A DNA stretch of 64,000 nucleotides from Folioceros fuciformis (lineage: Eukaryota): the NCBI GenBank assembly GCA_049999805.1, contig JBNGIO010006185.1, positions 34,170 through 98,169 on the forward strand, given 5' to 3'. How positions within the stretch are numbered: position 1 is the stretch's first letter; each line of letters opens with the position of its first letter. Made by a program: the position numbers and the translations under genes. Positions 14,275 through 26,149 of this stretch are shown piece by piece. Below the pieces are notes generated by a model. It saw only the letters and a program-made list of their open reading frames with translations. It was not told the origin of the DNA and did no database searches.

Positions 14275-15793
14275 TCAGTGACGTGCGAGCACATATCGTC
14301 TACTCGCTCGGAAATTATCAGATCGGCGTACCAGAATCGCCACAATTGCGCACATCGTAATGTTGCTGTACTTGTCGTAGTTTCGGGTGGCTATGGCCTC
14401 AAGCCGCTGGAACAAGAGTTCCGAGAGCTCCGGCCCGATGTGGCTGTGGAGCAATCCCGATGTCACGCTTCTCGCCTTGTTTGCCCAGCTCCTTCCGAAT
14501 GCATCCCGGGTTGGCCACCTTCGCTTCTTCTCCTCCGCCGAGACGATGTCTTCCTTCGCCACGTTGTCCAGCAAGCGGATGTCGAACAGCCTCGATTCCT
14601 CCACAACGTTCCTTACTTCTGCCAGACTTCGGCTGTACGCTGGGACGTTGAAAGTGTCCAGCTTTTCTTGCTCAATCATGCCCTGTGATTGAAGAGAATT
14701 AGGCGTCGTCGTGTTGTGAGAACTGGTGTCAAGATGAAGTCGAGGCATGTGTGGGGAAACCTCTCAAGGTCAGGGAATGTCGGTTTCAAACAGACTTGTG
14801 AACGCGATGGAGATTGGCATTTGAATGGGTCTATCTTATGTAGTATGTACCTCCGAAACGAGATCCTGGAAACTTTGTTGCAGGAGTTCTCCAGCTTCAT
14901 TCAAGCCTTGAAACTGTTCCACTCCATTAGCGAGGTCCCCCTCACTCCTAAAACGGTCCTGCTCCAACCTGCCACCGAACATGAGCACCAAAACGCCACC
15001 AGGCACCAGCTCTTCACCGCGGAATTGCAGAAACTTCCTGAAATCATCCGCAGATTGCTGAGCGATTACATTTCGCAATGGTCCACTGGTTCCATCAAAC
15101 CAGATGCGGTTTTCGTTGTAGGCATCAGAGAATTTATCAGTAATCGCTGCTGGAACCTACACACAAGCCAAACGGAAATGTAAGTCACTTCCTTCTACGT
15201 GAGCTTCGCAATGCGTAGCCCGTGAAATCTGAATGCGCGAAAATCACCTCGGAAAGCCAATGCAGAGCCGAAAACGAGGAGATAATGTGCATGCTCCTGG
15301 AGGGGAACAGCCTCTCCTTGAAGAAAGAGCCTGGGACGGCGCCGGCGGAGAAAATCCTCCTGCTCGAATCGCGCCTGAAATCCTTGAGCGACCGGGTTGA
15401 GCCTTGATGCAGAGGAGGCAGTTCTTGGAACAAAGTGTTGAAATCGTTGGAAGGCAGATCAGAAAAGAACACCTCCACCTCCGGCATTTCCACATCCTCC
15501 CTCTGATATCTATACTTCACAACATCCAAAATGCTCTTCACCGCGTTCAACGTGTTGCTGCCAGTGGCGCATCCCAGGTCCGCGATCCTCAGGGCTGGCA
15601 CGCCGGGCGCGGGAGCAGGTAAATCCCGCATCTCCCTTAAGGCGGTGTACAGCACGCTTTCGCACAAGTTGAAAATGTGTGCTTGCAGCTGCGAGTTCTT
15701 AACGTAGCTGTCGTCCCCATTCCCTCCCGACATACGAGATTTGGCAACCTGGATAACCTCGCTGTCGCTGCTGTTGAGCGCCTGGGTCGTCAT
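14275..15793 (-). CDS. SABATH-family SAM-dependent carboxyl methyltransferase, 3 exons (15793-15248, 15156-14851, 14682-14275; 419 aa)
   Basis: MSGGNGDDSYVKNSQLQ, RIADLGCATGSNT, FFSDLPSNDFNTLF, VPGSFF..RLFP, SFSALHWLSE, DFRKFLQFRGEELVPGG, EKLDTFNVPAY. Phase-0 GT-AG junctions join the exons in frame. Confidence 0.93.
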
Positions 15794-16759
15794 TTGGCAA
15801 TCTCGATAGCAAGCTCTGCTATCTGGGACAGAACTGCAGGGAAAGGCCCTTCAAAGCGTGTCTCCAAGCTGCAAAGTCTGTAATCCCTCAAGGATTTGTA
15901 GCTGTGAGCTTACAACAAGCCACATCAACATCAACAAAATAGCGAGCACACAGCACTCATACACAATGAAGGCCGCTTCCGTCGTATAGAACCGCGGACA
16001 CCACTGTGCTTGGAACGACGAGAACCTACAGCTGAGAGGAGTCTTGACATCCGAAATGTGACCATTTTACAGTCGGCCTCCTCTGATGCTCGGTGCGACA
16101 TTTGCCAATAACTGGAGCCTGTCACACCTCTTATTCGAGCAAGAGTCTGCCACACCTAAGTGTTCAATTTGCCATGAATTCATAGCTAACAAGGGCATCA
16201 TCTTTCGTGGTGTTGCTTTTCCAACAGGACCTGAATGGGAATAAGAGTATCTGCACAAGAGAGAAAAGGAGGACGGATGCCGCACACGGTTGAGCTTCCG
16301 TGTAAGATTGAATATATACCAAATTGTGGACATTGATCTGATCAGAACTAACTCTGCTGGCCTCTCTCTGCCGAAAGATCACCTGCTCCCGGATCGTCGT
16401 GTTTAATGATCTTCCGGAGAGAGTCCTTGGCGCGGACGTCACGTGCACCTATCTTACATGACTCGCTCTTTGTGTACCTGCTGCACCGCACACCCTCCCA
16501 TGCGCATCTGCGTTTATTGTACCTGCAAACCTTTCCCGTCGCACCACCCTCCTTGAGCGGCGCTGCACTCACACACACTGGAGGAAAAGAGGAACGCACT
16601 AAACAGAAGATCCATGTGGAACATCTGTGCTTTCTCACAACTGGGGGCCCCAGCGCTGGCCCTCAAGCTCCTCCAATGCGGCCCGCGTGGCCTCACCGGG
16701 TGGGGACAAACGGGCGTCACCAGGGAACGGAAAAGAGCCAGATGGGAATTTGACTCTAC

Positions 16760-18318
16760 ATTTATTAAGTACATAAATTATATTGTACAAATTATTCCCC
16801 TTCGATTGTTCCTGCTAACCACAGAACTTTTAGGCTCCTTTTCCACCAAGAAGGGGTACAAACTAGTGTCAGACCGGATAATCTACTTCCATGTGACATC
16901 CACCGTGTACAGCACATGGTTTGTGGCACCCGGGTTGTCCATTACGCTTATGACCCTCACCAACCAATAAATTTATATATGATGATTTTAGAAGAAAATC
17001 TATGAATGTCTATCAAGTACCTCACTATATTTAGTGGGCCTTCTCTATAAGGGACCTAAGTCCACGACATTTTCGGGTAACCTAAAAACTTATAGAACAA
17101 AAGACATGCAAGTTCCATCTACCCCAAAAGAGATGGAAGTTCCATCTACCCCGTGACAAGGGGAACAACCCCGCAATGAGGAAAAGCCAAGAATGGGGGC
17201 TTAACCCCCCGTCCGTCTAGCCTGCCTGAAACTCCATATCACCCCTAAGATGTCACATTCAAGTATAAGGTATGGCCTACTTACCACTAAGGCCGCTGAA
17301 GCCGGATCCGCCACGCTTGATGTTGACTGAAAAATAGCGTTTGCCATGGCCTTTTGTAGCGCAATCGAAACCCGTTGCCGAAAAAATGCCACCACGCCCG
17401 ATAGGGGAAGCCCTACGCTGCTCCTGCTGACATGATGGGCCTTTGTGCATGTCTTCAAAAACCTTGAAAAATCCTTACCCATGGCCCCACGCATATCAAT
17501 AGCAAGAGGGATGAACAAGTGATCCTGCTGCATGGGCCTGTACTTGCAAGTCTTCCTTGTCACGCTTCCTTCTGCCGCCCAACCCGGGGGGTTAATAATG
17601 ACGTGCCCGCTGATGGTTGCCCGAGTGGGGTCACTACATCCGCTATAGAAACCTGGTTCCTCTTGGTCAGGAAAAGGTTTGCAATGAGGGAGATGCTATT
17701 TAGCAAGGTGTATGGGCGCTCCTTGTAGGGGAAGAAGCCACCCTCCTTAGCCAAAGAAAACATAACGTCCCTCACTGCATTATGGATGGCGGTGCACTGC
17801 CTGCCAAAAAGAGCAATGCGCCAAGTAGCTCCCGAGGTCGGCGAGAGGGACCCCACAGCTACAAGAAGAGAGAGACCAGGCCAACGGCTTAACCAATCTA
17901 AGGTGGAACCTTATCGCAGTAGAGACAGAAGCTGGTGCGATTCGGAAAGCCTAGATACATAGACGGGCCAACATCCAAGAGCCAGCGCCCTTCCCCGAAC
18001 AAGATCGAAGGCATGCCTGGGCCTGCTTGTCAATAGAAGAATCTAGCATGAGGGCCGGCAGCTCTTGCCCATAATGCTTTTCCATGAGCCCCCTCATGTC
18101 CCCACAAAGGAAGGAGGAAAACAAAGGCATGNNNNNNNNNNNNNNNNNNNNNNNNNNNNNNNNNNNNNNNNNNNNNNNNNNNNNNNNNNNNNNNNNNNNN
18201 NNNNNNNNNNNNNNNNNNNNNNNNNNNNNNNGATCCCGGGCCCTCCTGAGGGACTCGTGGAGGGGGAATGGCCCCTCCTCAACTTCCGTGACAAAACCCT
18301 CCAAAATGCTTGAGAAGC
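16760..18318 (-). mobile_element. CRE-like non-LTR retrotransposon, 3' part (Zn knuckle, restriction-like endonuclease, 3' UTR); decayed
   Basis: Minus frames give CLRSCSGKGAGSWM, CSCGVPLADLGSYLAHC, AIHNAVRDVM, KTCKY, FIPLAIDMRGAMG and FFRQRVSIALQKAMANAI, with frameshifts. The 3' boundary near TTTATT at about 16761 is approximate. Confidence 0.8.
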
Positions 18319-18470
18319 TGTGAAAGCGGTCAATTATGAAGCTCTACGCTCTGAACAGACACCAAATTGAACAGTCACGCCTCTTTGTGTCCAGGCGCTT
18401 ATGATGCCTTGGACACTCTCATAAATTAATTCTCTCTGTGTACTCAACGAAAATAGTGTTGAAAATCACA
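18319..18470 (+). repeat. Copia 5' LTR (152 bp)
   Basis: Direct repeat of 20586-20759 with TG...CA ends, followed by the PBS. Confidence 0.92.
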
Positions 18471-20585
18471 TGGTATAAGAGCTCATGACAAAAATCGAAC
18501 ATGATTAGAATCATGACGTAGGGCAGACTCTGATTAAGACTATCCGATATGGATAGATTCTGCCCTCGATGCACTCATCATTCTGAACAAAATTCTAACA
18601 ATAGAAGGAAAACTCCTTCTCACTTTTAAAAAACAAGAAACAATTCTCGTACGTGTAGAAATGTCTCACCACCTACCCATACAGATAGTGAGATCAGCCT
18701 CCTGCATCAAAAGACCACGCACAAATTAGTCAGACAATCAATGAGTTTTGCTTAGAACAGAGATCATGCTTATATCTCTCAATTTTTTAATCTAACCATC
18801 TATCTAGATGACATTTACAGGAGACATGATGACATTTATGCAATCCTAGACAAGATTCAATCACAACTAGACATGATAAGAAAAAATCATCAATTTTACA
18901 TCTTAGCAAGCACAATATGGGCACAATGGCAAACCCCTCTACTAACAGGGCCTATCATATTGATAAATTGACTAACATTAAGCTGCCTCAATCAATAACT
19001 CAAGCTGTTACCACTTTCGAGGAAGAATTCCCTCCAGCACCACCTCCAAACCGTATCGTTCCTTCGGCTGTTCCACTAACCCCTAATATCGGAGAAAACC
19101 CTTCCGATCCCTATGACTATGACTCGGACACTAAGTCTCACGGCCTTGTGCCAGGGGTCGAGCCTGATCCTGCTCAGCCACAAGGGGGCATCATAGAAGA
19201 TCCTAATATTGCTGTGCAGGATCAACCAAACTCTTCAGAGCGCATAAGATGATTTACAAGATCCAATAGAGGGATTCCTGGAGTAAACTATCGTGACCTC
19301 ACTTTTAACAAGTCACATGGCACTTCCTCTCATGCTATGTTCAGTGCTGATATTGTCCCTGTCAAACAAGCTCTTGAAGGATCATAATCTAACTCCTGGA
19401 AGCAGGCAATGAACAGTGAATATCAATCCTTGATTTCTAATGAAACATGGACTTTGGTTGATCCACCAAACGAACAGAACATTGTCGGAAGCAAAGAGGT
19501 GTTACAGAAGAAGCACAATGTAGATAGTTCCTTAGCCAGATTCAAGGCCAGACTCGTAGCTAGGGGCTTCACACAAAAGAGCGGAGTGGATTACTCTGAG
19601 ACAAGTATTTTCAGCCCAGTAGTTAAACTCACCTCTCTACGTGTGATGCTTGCCTTAGCTGCTGTGTATAGTCTCCGTATACATCAACTAGACGTAGAGA
19701 CGACCTTTCTACATGGGATTTTAAAGGAGGATATTTACGTACAACAGCCTCCTGGATATGAAGTTTCATATGTCCAGCTGTAAACGTGTTGACACACCTA
19801 TGCAGACAGGTGCTAGACTAAGCAAAACCATATCACCCCAAACAGATGCTGAAACTGCTGAGATTAAGTTAGTCCCATATGTTGGTGTACTTAGCAGTGT
19901 TCAACATTTAGCTCAATATACCAAGGTAGATGTAGCATGTTCCAATGGCCATGTCTCCCTGTTTCTATCATGTCCTGGAAAGTTACATTGGGTTGCAGCC
20001 AAGAGAATTTTTAAATATCTTCAACGGACGAAAACCCATGGGATTCAATATAAAGGAGGTCCTAATGCTCAGACTTAGTGGATTGGTTGGACTAATGCCG
20101 ACTGGGCTGGAGATCCGGACACTCGGAAATCCACCAGTGACTATGTTTTCATGATTGCATGTGGCGCAGTTAGTTGGAAATCGAAAAAGCAATCCTCGAT
20201 TGCTCTTAGCTTAGCTGAATCAGAATACATCGCTGCTGCCTCTACAGCAAAAAGAAGGATTATGGATCGTCCAACTACTTCAAGATCTTGGATAACCACA
20301 CAAGGGACCTCTTGAGCTCATGTGCGACAACCAAGCTACCATTGCTCTCTCACGAGATCTTCGATTCCACGAATGATCCAAGCATATCGAATTGAGTGAT
20401 CACTTTCTGCGGCTGAAGGTGGAATTAGGCGAATTACTTCTAACCTACGTTCCAACTGAAGATCAGCTTGTAGACATCTTGACCAAGCCTCTGGGGAAAA
20501 TTAAACATGATGGTTTCTGCTCCTTATTAGGACTAATAGATTTAGCTTTACCATAGATTCTGATTGTTTTGCTTCAAGAGGGGTG

Positions 20586-20759
20586 TGTGAAAGCAGTCAT
20601 TTATGAAGCTCCACGCTCTGAACAGACAGCAAATTGAACAGTCACGTCTCTGTTTGTATCCAGTCATGTCCCTTTGTGTCCAGGCGCTTATAATGCCTTG
20701 GACACTCTCATAAATTAATTCTCTCTATGTACTCAACGCTCTCCGTGTTAAAAATCACA
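20586..20759 (+). repeat. Copia 3' LTR (174 bp)
   Basis: Preceded by the PPT; 22 bp longer than the 5' LTR. Confidence 0.92.
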
Positions 20760-22300
20760 GCAGCGAGTCTTTAAAGCTGGTACAAAGGGCGCCCAACTAC
20801 CAAGAAAAGCAGCTGGCGCCGAGGCCTCCATGGCCAATAGCCCAATGCCGCCCAAAGCAATGGGAAGCAATGCTTGCCTCCTAGCCAAATCACCTGCACT
20901 ACAATCAAATGAACCCGGGCCAACAATGTCCTCTAATTCCTTCAATACCTGCTTGTCGAAGTCCCTCAGTTTGGAAAGAAAATCTAAGGATGGAGGCACC
21001 ATGCGGATGAAGTACCCAAGGTGTCATGCAAAGCAGGTGGGGAGGATGTCGTGGGCCACCTGTGGGTCCCAAGCTAATGAAGGTTCTCAACGTGTGCCAA
21101 ATCCTCCATCAAAGCTGCATCCACAAATTTGTGGATGAAGTCGAGGGGGCCAACAGGGATCCCTAGGACGCGGATCCCTAACAGAGAATTGATGTTCCCC
21201 TCTGGAAATTGTAGAGATGGAGTGATACCAAATGGAGACCAAATCTTACACTTGAAAATCTTGACTTTTAGGCCCAAGGGTAAGAGCTCCTTTGAGAAAA
21301 GCTCAAAGGCTTCCTTAACCTTATCCCCTGAACCCAGGAGATGGTTGTTATGGACCACAGATGGGAAGAGACAACCCCCTACCGCAGATGCAGTAATTGA
21401 AAGAGCTCTGAAGTGAGCCATAGCAAAGAGAGGCCCTCCTAGGGGATCCCCTGGAGCGTACCTATTGTCGAGCACTGAGACCTTCTCCGCCGTGGTCCTA
21501 TGTTGAAGTAGAGAGTAGACGTGACACCATAGAAGGAGCGAACAAAGGGATAATATACTCCAGACGACTGCCAACAACCTTCAACTAGTTAAAATAGCCA
21601 CCGTAGAGTCTATGTTCAAGGCATTCTCCACATCATCCTACAAGGCAACCCAATCTGGATGCAGGTCCAAGACCACTCTAACCCCGAAGGCCACCGCCTC
21701 ATGGCCCCCTGGGGTAGCAATCCCAAAGTGGTGGGGGCTGAAGTGGGCCTGAAGCTGCTATCTAAGCTAAAGAGCAATGCTGTGGCTAATGAGCCATAAG
21801 AATCCCTCGCCCACCGCGATGGGCCGCACTCTCGCGGTGGGTTTCTCCAAAGCCAACAACCTGCTGGTACCCACAACCAAAGCAATTTGAGGGGGAGTCT
21901 CACCCCGCACCACAGCAGCTGCCAAGGAAAAAGCTCAAAAATGCCACCAGAAGGGTCATATAGAGCAAAGTAGTCCTGAAGGTGGTCATAGACCGTCTCG
22001 GATAGGCCATAGGAAGAAAGTCTTGGTGCGATGACGAGAGGTCGACCAAATACAACCCAATTAAGGCAAAAGGCTCCTCGGCCACGAATTGCAAAACCTC
22101 TTGAGAGATGGGATCACCTGGGCTTGGATGCAAAGCACAGAGGGCGGCAATGGTCTCCTCTGAGGGCAATGCCACTGGCTCTGATCGAAGGGCTCTGGCG
22201 GCTCTAGCAAACTCCCTTGCCCGACCAAGTAAGAGACATCTCTTGAGACGCGCCTTCGCGAGATCCTGATGGACTTGGTCCAACTTTGCGGACTCCAACC
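20760..22300 (-). mobile_element. CRE-like non-LTR retrotransposon, reverse-transcriptase part; 5'-truncated, with stops and frameshifts
   Basis: GVRPIAVGEGFLWLISHSIA, HFGIATPGGHEAV, DVENALN, GDPLGGPLFAMAHF, FPSVVHNNHLLG (degenerate xADD motif), GIRVLGIPVG, RQALLPIALGGIGL, AFLGSWA. Confidence 0.85.
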
Positions 22301-25300
22301 TTGAATTTGATAAAATATATACCTAATAGGGCACTATTCACTAGGGTATCTAGAATTAAATATTAATTAATTCTAGGGCACTAAGTAGTTTCTTTTATTT
22401 AGTTATTGAGGTAGTTAGTTATTATAACTACCTTATGGTTATAACTAACTAGCCTATATAAAGGCTTTGTACTTTCTATTACGTAATGCAACACACATTG
22501 CTTGAGCTTGTGTACGATTCTTATCCGAATTCATCAACGTATTGTAGAAAAATCATTTGTCATACGTATGCTATCCGTATCTGAGGATATGCTTGACGAA
22601 CATTCCAATATAGTATTTTTTCCTAGTTTGTAATAAGTCTTAATGTTTTGTATCTTTAAAATATATACCAAATACTCTGTTATATTAGCTAAGATTTTAT
22701 ACTAATTACTTAGTTGTATTGCTGAGGGTGTTATACCAACTACTTGGCTGTTTTGGCTAAGTTATATGTTTCAACGAGTGAATCTAATGTGGTCGTCTTG
22801 TTCCTTATTGAATTTAGAGGTTCTCACCAGGCCCAAGGTTTCTTAACTTCCTTTAGATCCTTCGATTTTCAATATAAGATAACTTCATATGATCAAAGGT
22901 GTTACTTGTGGAAACGTTTATAAAGAGGTTTGAGTTCTTAAGCTATGCATATTCGCGGTGACCTAGAGGATTTTATAGTTTGTCTCCTCTCTCTAAATGG
23001 GCTTGGTTTTATACTTTTAACAATTTAAGTTACTAGTGCTATTATTTTGTAATCAGTATAAGAACTATAGTGTTATACTGGTGTTATTTTGTGGTTACTA
23101 AGAAAACTATAGTGCTATGCTAGTGTTATAGAGAACCACTCATATGACATCAAATAATATGATGAACATTAAAGAGGGTGATGATATTATTACAAACATC
23201 CACCAATATAATATAATATTATCAATACGTAGCAAATGACAATCCCAAGTGTGAGAAATGTGTAAATTTATTAACTCCAAGTCCCAAAGCTACATTAACT
23301 CCAAGACCTATGTCAACTCCAAGTTCAATAATGGGATCTTAACAAGGTAATTTTACTTATTGCACTTCATATTCGTCATGCAATTATTTTAAATTTAAAT
23401 CTGGTCAAGACTAATTCGTTGAGGTAACTAAGACCATTAGTGTTTAAACCTCAGCTTTGTGTTTGTTAGGGTAAGAACCGGTGTGGTTATCTTAAAACCA
23501 TGGCAAAACCTGCTTTCAGACTGGTCCTTTTTTCGCTTGGCCTAGCGAGCACCATGGAGAGGAACCGTCTTACAAGTAAGATTTGAATTTCAATTTTGTG
23601 TTGAAGTTCTTTGGTCTAATTACGCGCCTCAGCTACTGACCGCGCCTTGCCTGCTTACCACACAGGAAGGGCAGAGAAATCTTGATGGCGGGAGGGAGTC
23701 GACGTAGGATGGGTGATCCAAACATATTCCCCAAGTATAAACGATTGAAGAGAGCACCTGGAGAAGGCGAGCATGCTGTTGCTTTCGAAGATGAAGATGA
23801 GCAAAGTGTAGGCTCTTTAGAAAAGCAATCGGAGCTCGAGACCAAGACGCGGAACATGTTTGAGCGCCTTGTTGCAGTGCAATGTGGACAGATCGCAACG
23901 CATTTTGCGCAGATTCTGCTTCTCACGGAGAAGGTGCTCACGCTTGAATTACAAGTGCTTGAAGCCAAAGGAGCTAACACTGTGCGGGGTGTGTATGAGT
24001 TTTTTGAAAAGCAACTGTAGAGACAGGTTAGGGGCTTCTGGGGCGAGCAGTTGAAATCATGGAGAAATATCTTGAAGAAGACTCATAGTTTGACAAACCT
24101 TCTCTATGAGAAAACCATTTGAATTTCGATTGAAGATTAGGCAAAACTGACTGCAATGTACGTAGTCCTTTCGTCTCATATTCACGACGAGCAGAGTGGA
24201 GACATATGGAAAATATCGAACCTGTTTGATGACACCTCAATCTCTATTATACTTGATAACATGCAACCATATATTATGGCTTAGTTATCACCAAACATGA
24301 TAGGTCAAAGTCCACCAACATCCATATGTTATAAAGGTTATTATGACCAAAAAAGGTCACCAAGCAAAAATTTAAAATTTTAGAAAATAGCCCATTACTA
24401 CTAGTATGGGTACTTAGCATAAATACGAGTTAATAAAACTTTCACAAAGACTTTCACAAAGATGGATCGTGAAGAAAAATATGACTTCAAAAAGAATTTT
24501 AAGACATTATAGATTAAGACATTATGACTTTATCTAGAGAGATCATCAATTTTAAATGTGTGATATCTATAAATCTCAATAATATGATGTCCATATTCTG
24601 GATCCTAAAGAATACAAGGCCTGTATAAAGATTTACAAGGAATTTTAAGAATTTCCACATAGGGTTGTGTTGGCTAAGTTTTATGTTTTAATTAATAAGT
24701 GTAGCTCGCTACCTCTAATATTTAGTGGTCATCTTTTGTTTATTGAATTTTGAGGTTGTCACGAGGCCCAAGGTTTGTTAACTTCCTTTGGTTCCTTGGA
24801 TTTTCACTACAAGATAATTACATACCATCTTCATCAAAAGATACAAAGCAAACCACACTAGAATTTTGTACAATATAGCATCATGTTTCATTTGAGAAAG
24901 GTCTTTGGAATGTTGAAGTGCAAGCTTAAGATTCTTGTAAAGAGGTGTGATATGGCTCTTAAAAACATGCTTCTATTATATTTGCTTATCTTGTGCTATA
25001 TAATATTTGCATAGTGCATAAAATTAATTTCCGACAAGAGTGGGTTGACCAAATTGAAGATGATTGGAATGATGACGTTAAGGTGAAATACCTTAGCCAA
25101 ACCCTCCATGAGCACAATGTTAAGTAAGAGGTAAGTAGAGTTACTTGACATGTTTTGCATGAAGTTCGTTTAGCAAGTTCGAATAAGAGTCGACAATTAA
25201 GGCAAACCACTAATTTCGCCGAAGGCAATGATGATATCAACTTTAAAATAGATCTAAGATTGCTAGGCTACAAAGAAGGACATGCAAGGGTTGCTCTTAG

Positions 25301-25850
25301 TAGTGCTTTATACGAGGCACACTAATAATGTAAGGTTAAGGTTAGAGAAACATTTCCAAAGAACTTTGATTCAGTAGATTCACACTCATAAATATCAATT
25401 TCTGTTATCTTTTAATGCCAAATTACTGTAACAATTTGTCATCTGTTATAGAGAACATGGTTTCTACCCATAAAAGTTAATTTTCTAAATTCAATATCCT
25501 TAATTGTATCTAGAGTTTTGGCATCCTACAATATCATCTTGTAGAAAATGATAATTTTTATACTAAGTATATATTATAAATATTTAAATATAATTATATT
25601 CATATAATATATTCATATATATTCATCAAATATTTCAATTATCAAGTATGATCGTATGTTATCATTTAAGTTATAAAAATATTATTTAGCTAATAATTAA
25701 ATGATGCCAAGTAATTTTAATGATTATTAGTAAAATATTTAGTTAAAATAATTAAAAAAATATAATATAATATAAAATTCAACAATATCTTGCTTATGTG
25801 GACATAATTGCAGCAGGCATAAATGCCTAGCTTAAGAGTGTCGGACACGT
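22300..25850 (+). mobile_element. AT-rich decayed DNA-transposon block with a PIF/Harbinger DDE transposase remnant (about 24850-25100)
   Basis: Plus frames give KVFGMLKCKLKILVKRCDM then SIIFAYLVLYNICIVH...EWVDQIEDDWNDD, resembling the Harbinger ERAFGxLKxRF..IL / I.ACxxLHN motifs. About 100 bp (22795-22890) is duplicated at 24735-24830. Ends and TIRs are not resolved. Confidence 0.6.
23682..24240 (+). pseudogene. Orphan coiled-coil protein pseudogene in a higher-GC island inside the AT-rich block
   Basis: One frame continues through 3 in-frame stops (24018, 24120, 24138): ...LLLTEKVLTLELQVLEAKGANTVRGVYEFFEKQL*RQVRGFWGEQLKSWRNILKK...*...*AKLTAMYVVLSSHIHDEQSGDIWKI. Confidence 0.5.
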
Positions 25851-26149
25851 TGGCAACTTTCTTGTATAAATTCACCCTGATTACTGAATACGTTGCATTA
25901 TAGCACCATTTATTTGATTGGCTTTTAGTATGGATTAAGTACTCAACCTTTGTTTGATATGTTCAATGGCTTTTTAATTACAGTGTTGTGACTGATAAAC
26001 CCAACATCAATCCAATTTCTTTAGCTACATTGTTACTGTAGCACTGCTTTTACAAAAATGTTCTCGTATTGTACTTTGTTTTGTAGTACCATCATATACA
26101 TTAGGAATGTCCAAAAGTGGACTTGTGGAATATCCAAAATTAACTTTAA

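Larger units (their letters stand above)
18319..20759 (+). mobile_element. Ty1/Copia LTR retrotransposon, internally deleted (2441 bp), inserted into the CRE-like element
   Basis: 5' LTR 18319-18470 and 3' LTR 20586-20759, both TGTGA...TCACA. PBS TGGTATAAGAGC 18471-18482 (iMet type). PPT AAGAGGGGTG before the 3' LTR. TSD GAAGC/GCAGC. RT remnant (ARFKARLVARGFTQKSGVDYSE, IHQLDVETTFLHG) and RNase H remnant (ADWAGD, SWKSKKQ, CDNQA, KHI, DILTKPL). No recognisable gag or integrase core. Confidence 0.93.

Noticed and set aside
17951..18333. ORFs spanning the N gaps (also 27429-27845 and 42170-42732)
   Set aside because: Frame continuity across fixed 100-N gaps is artefactual.
23418..24240. TTGAGGT/ACCTCAA as terminal inverted repeats of the orphan island
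   Set aside because: Only 7 bp and no matching TSD; too weak to call.
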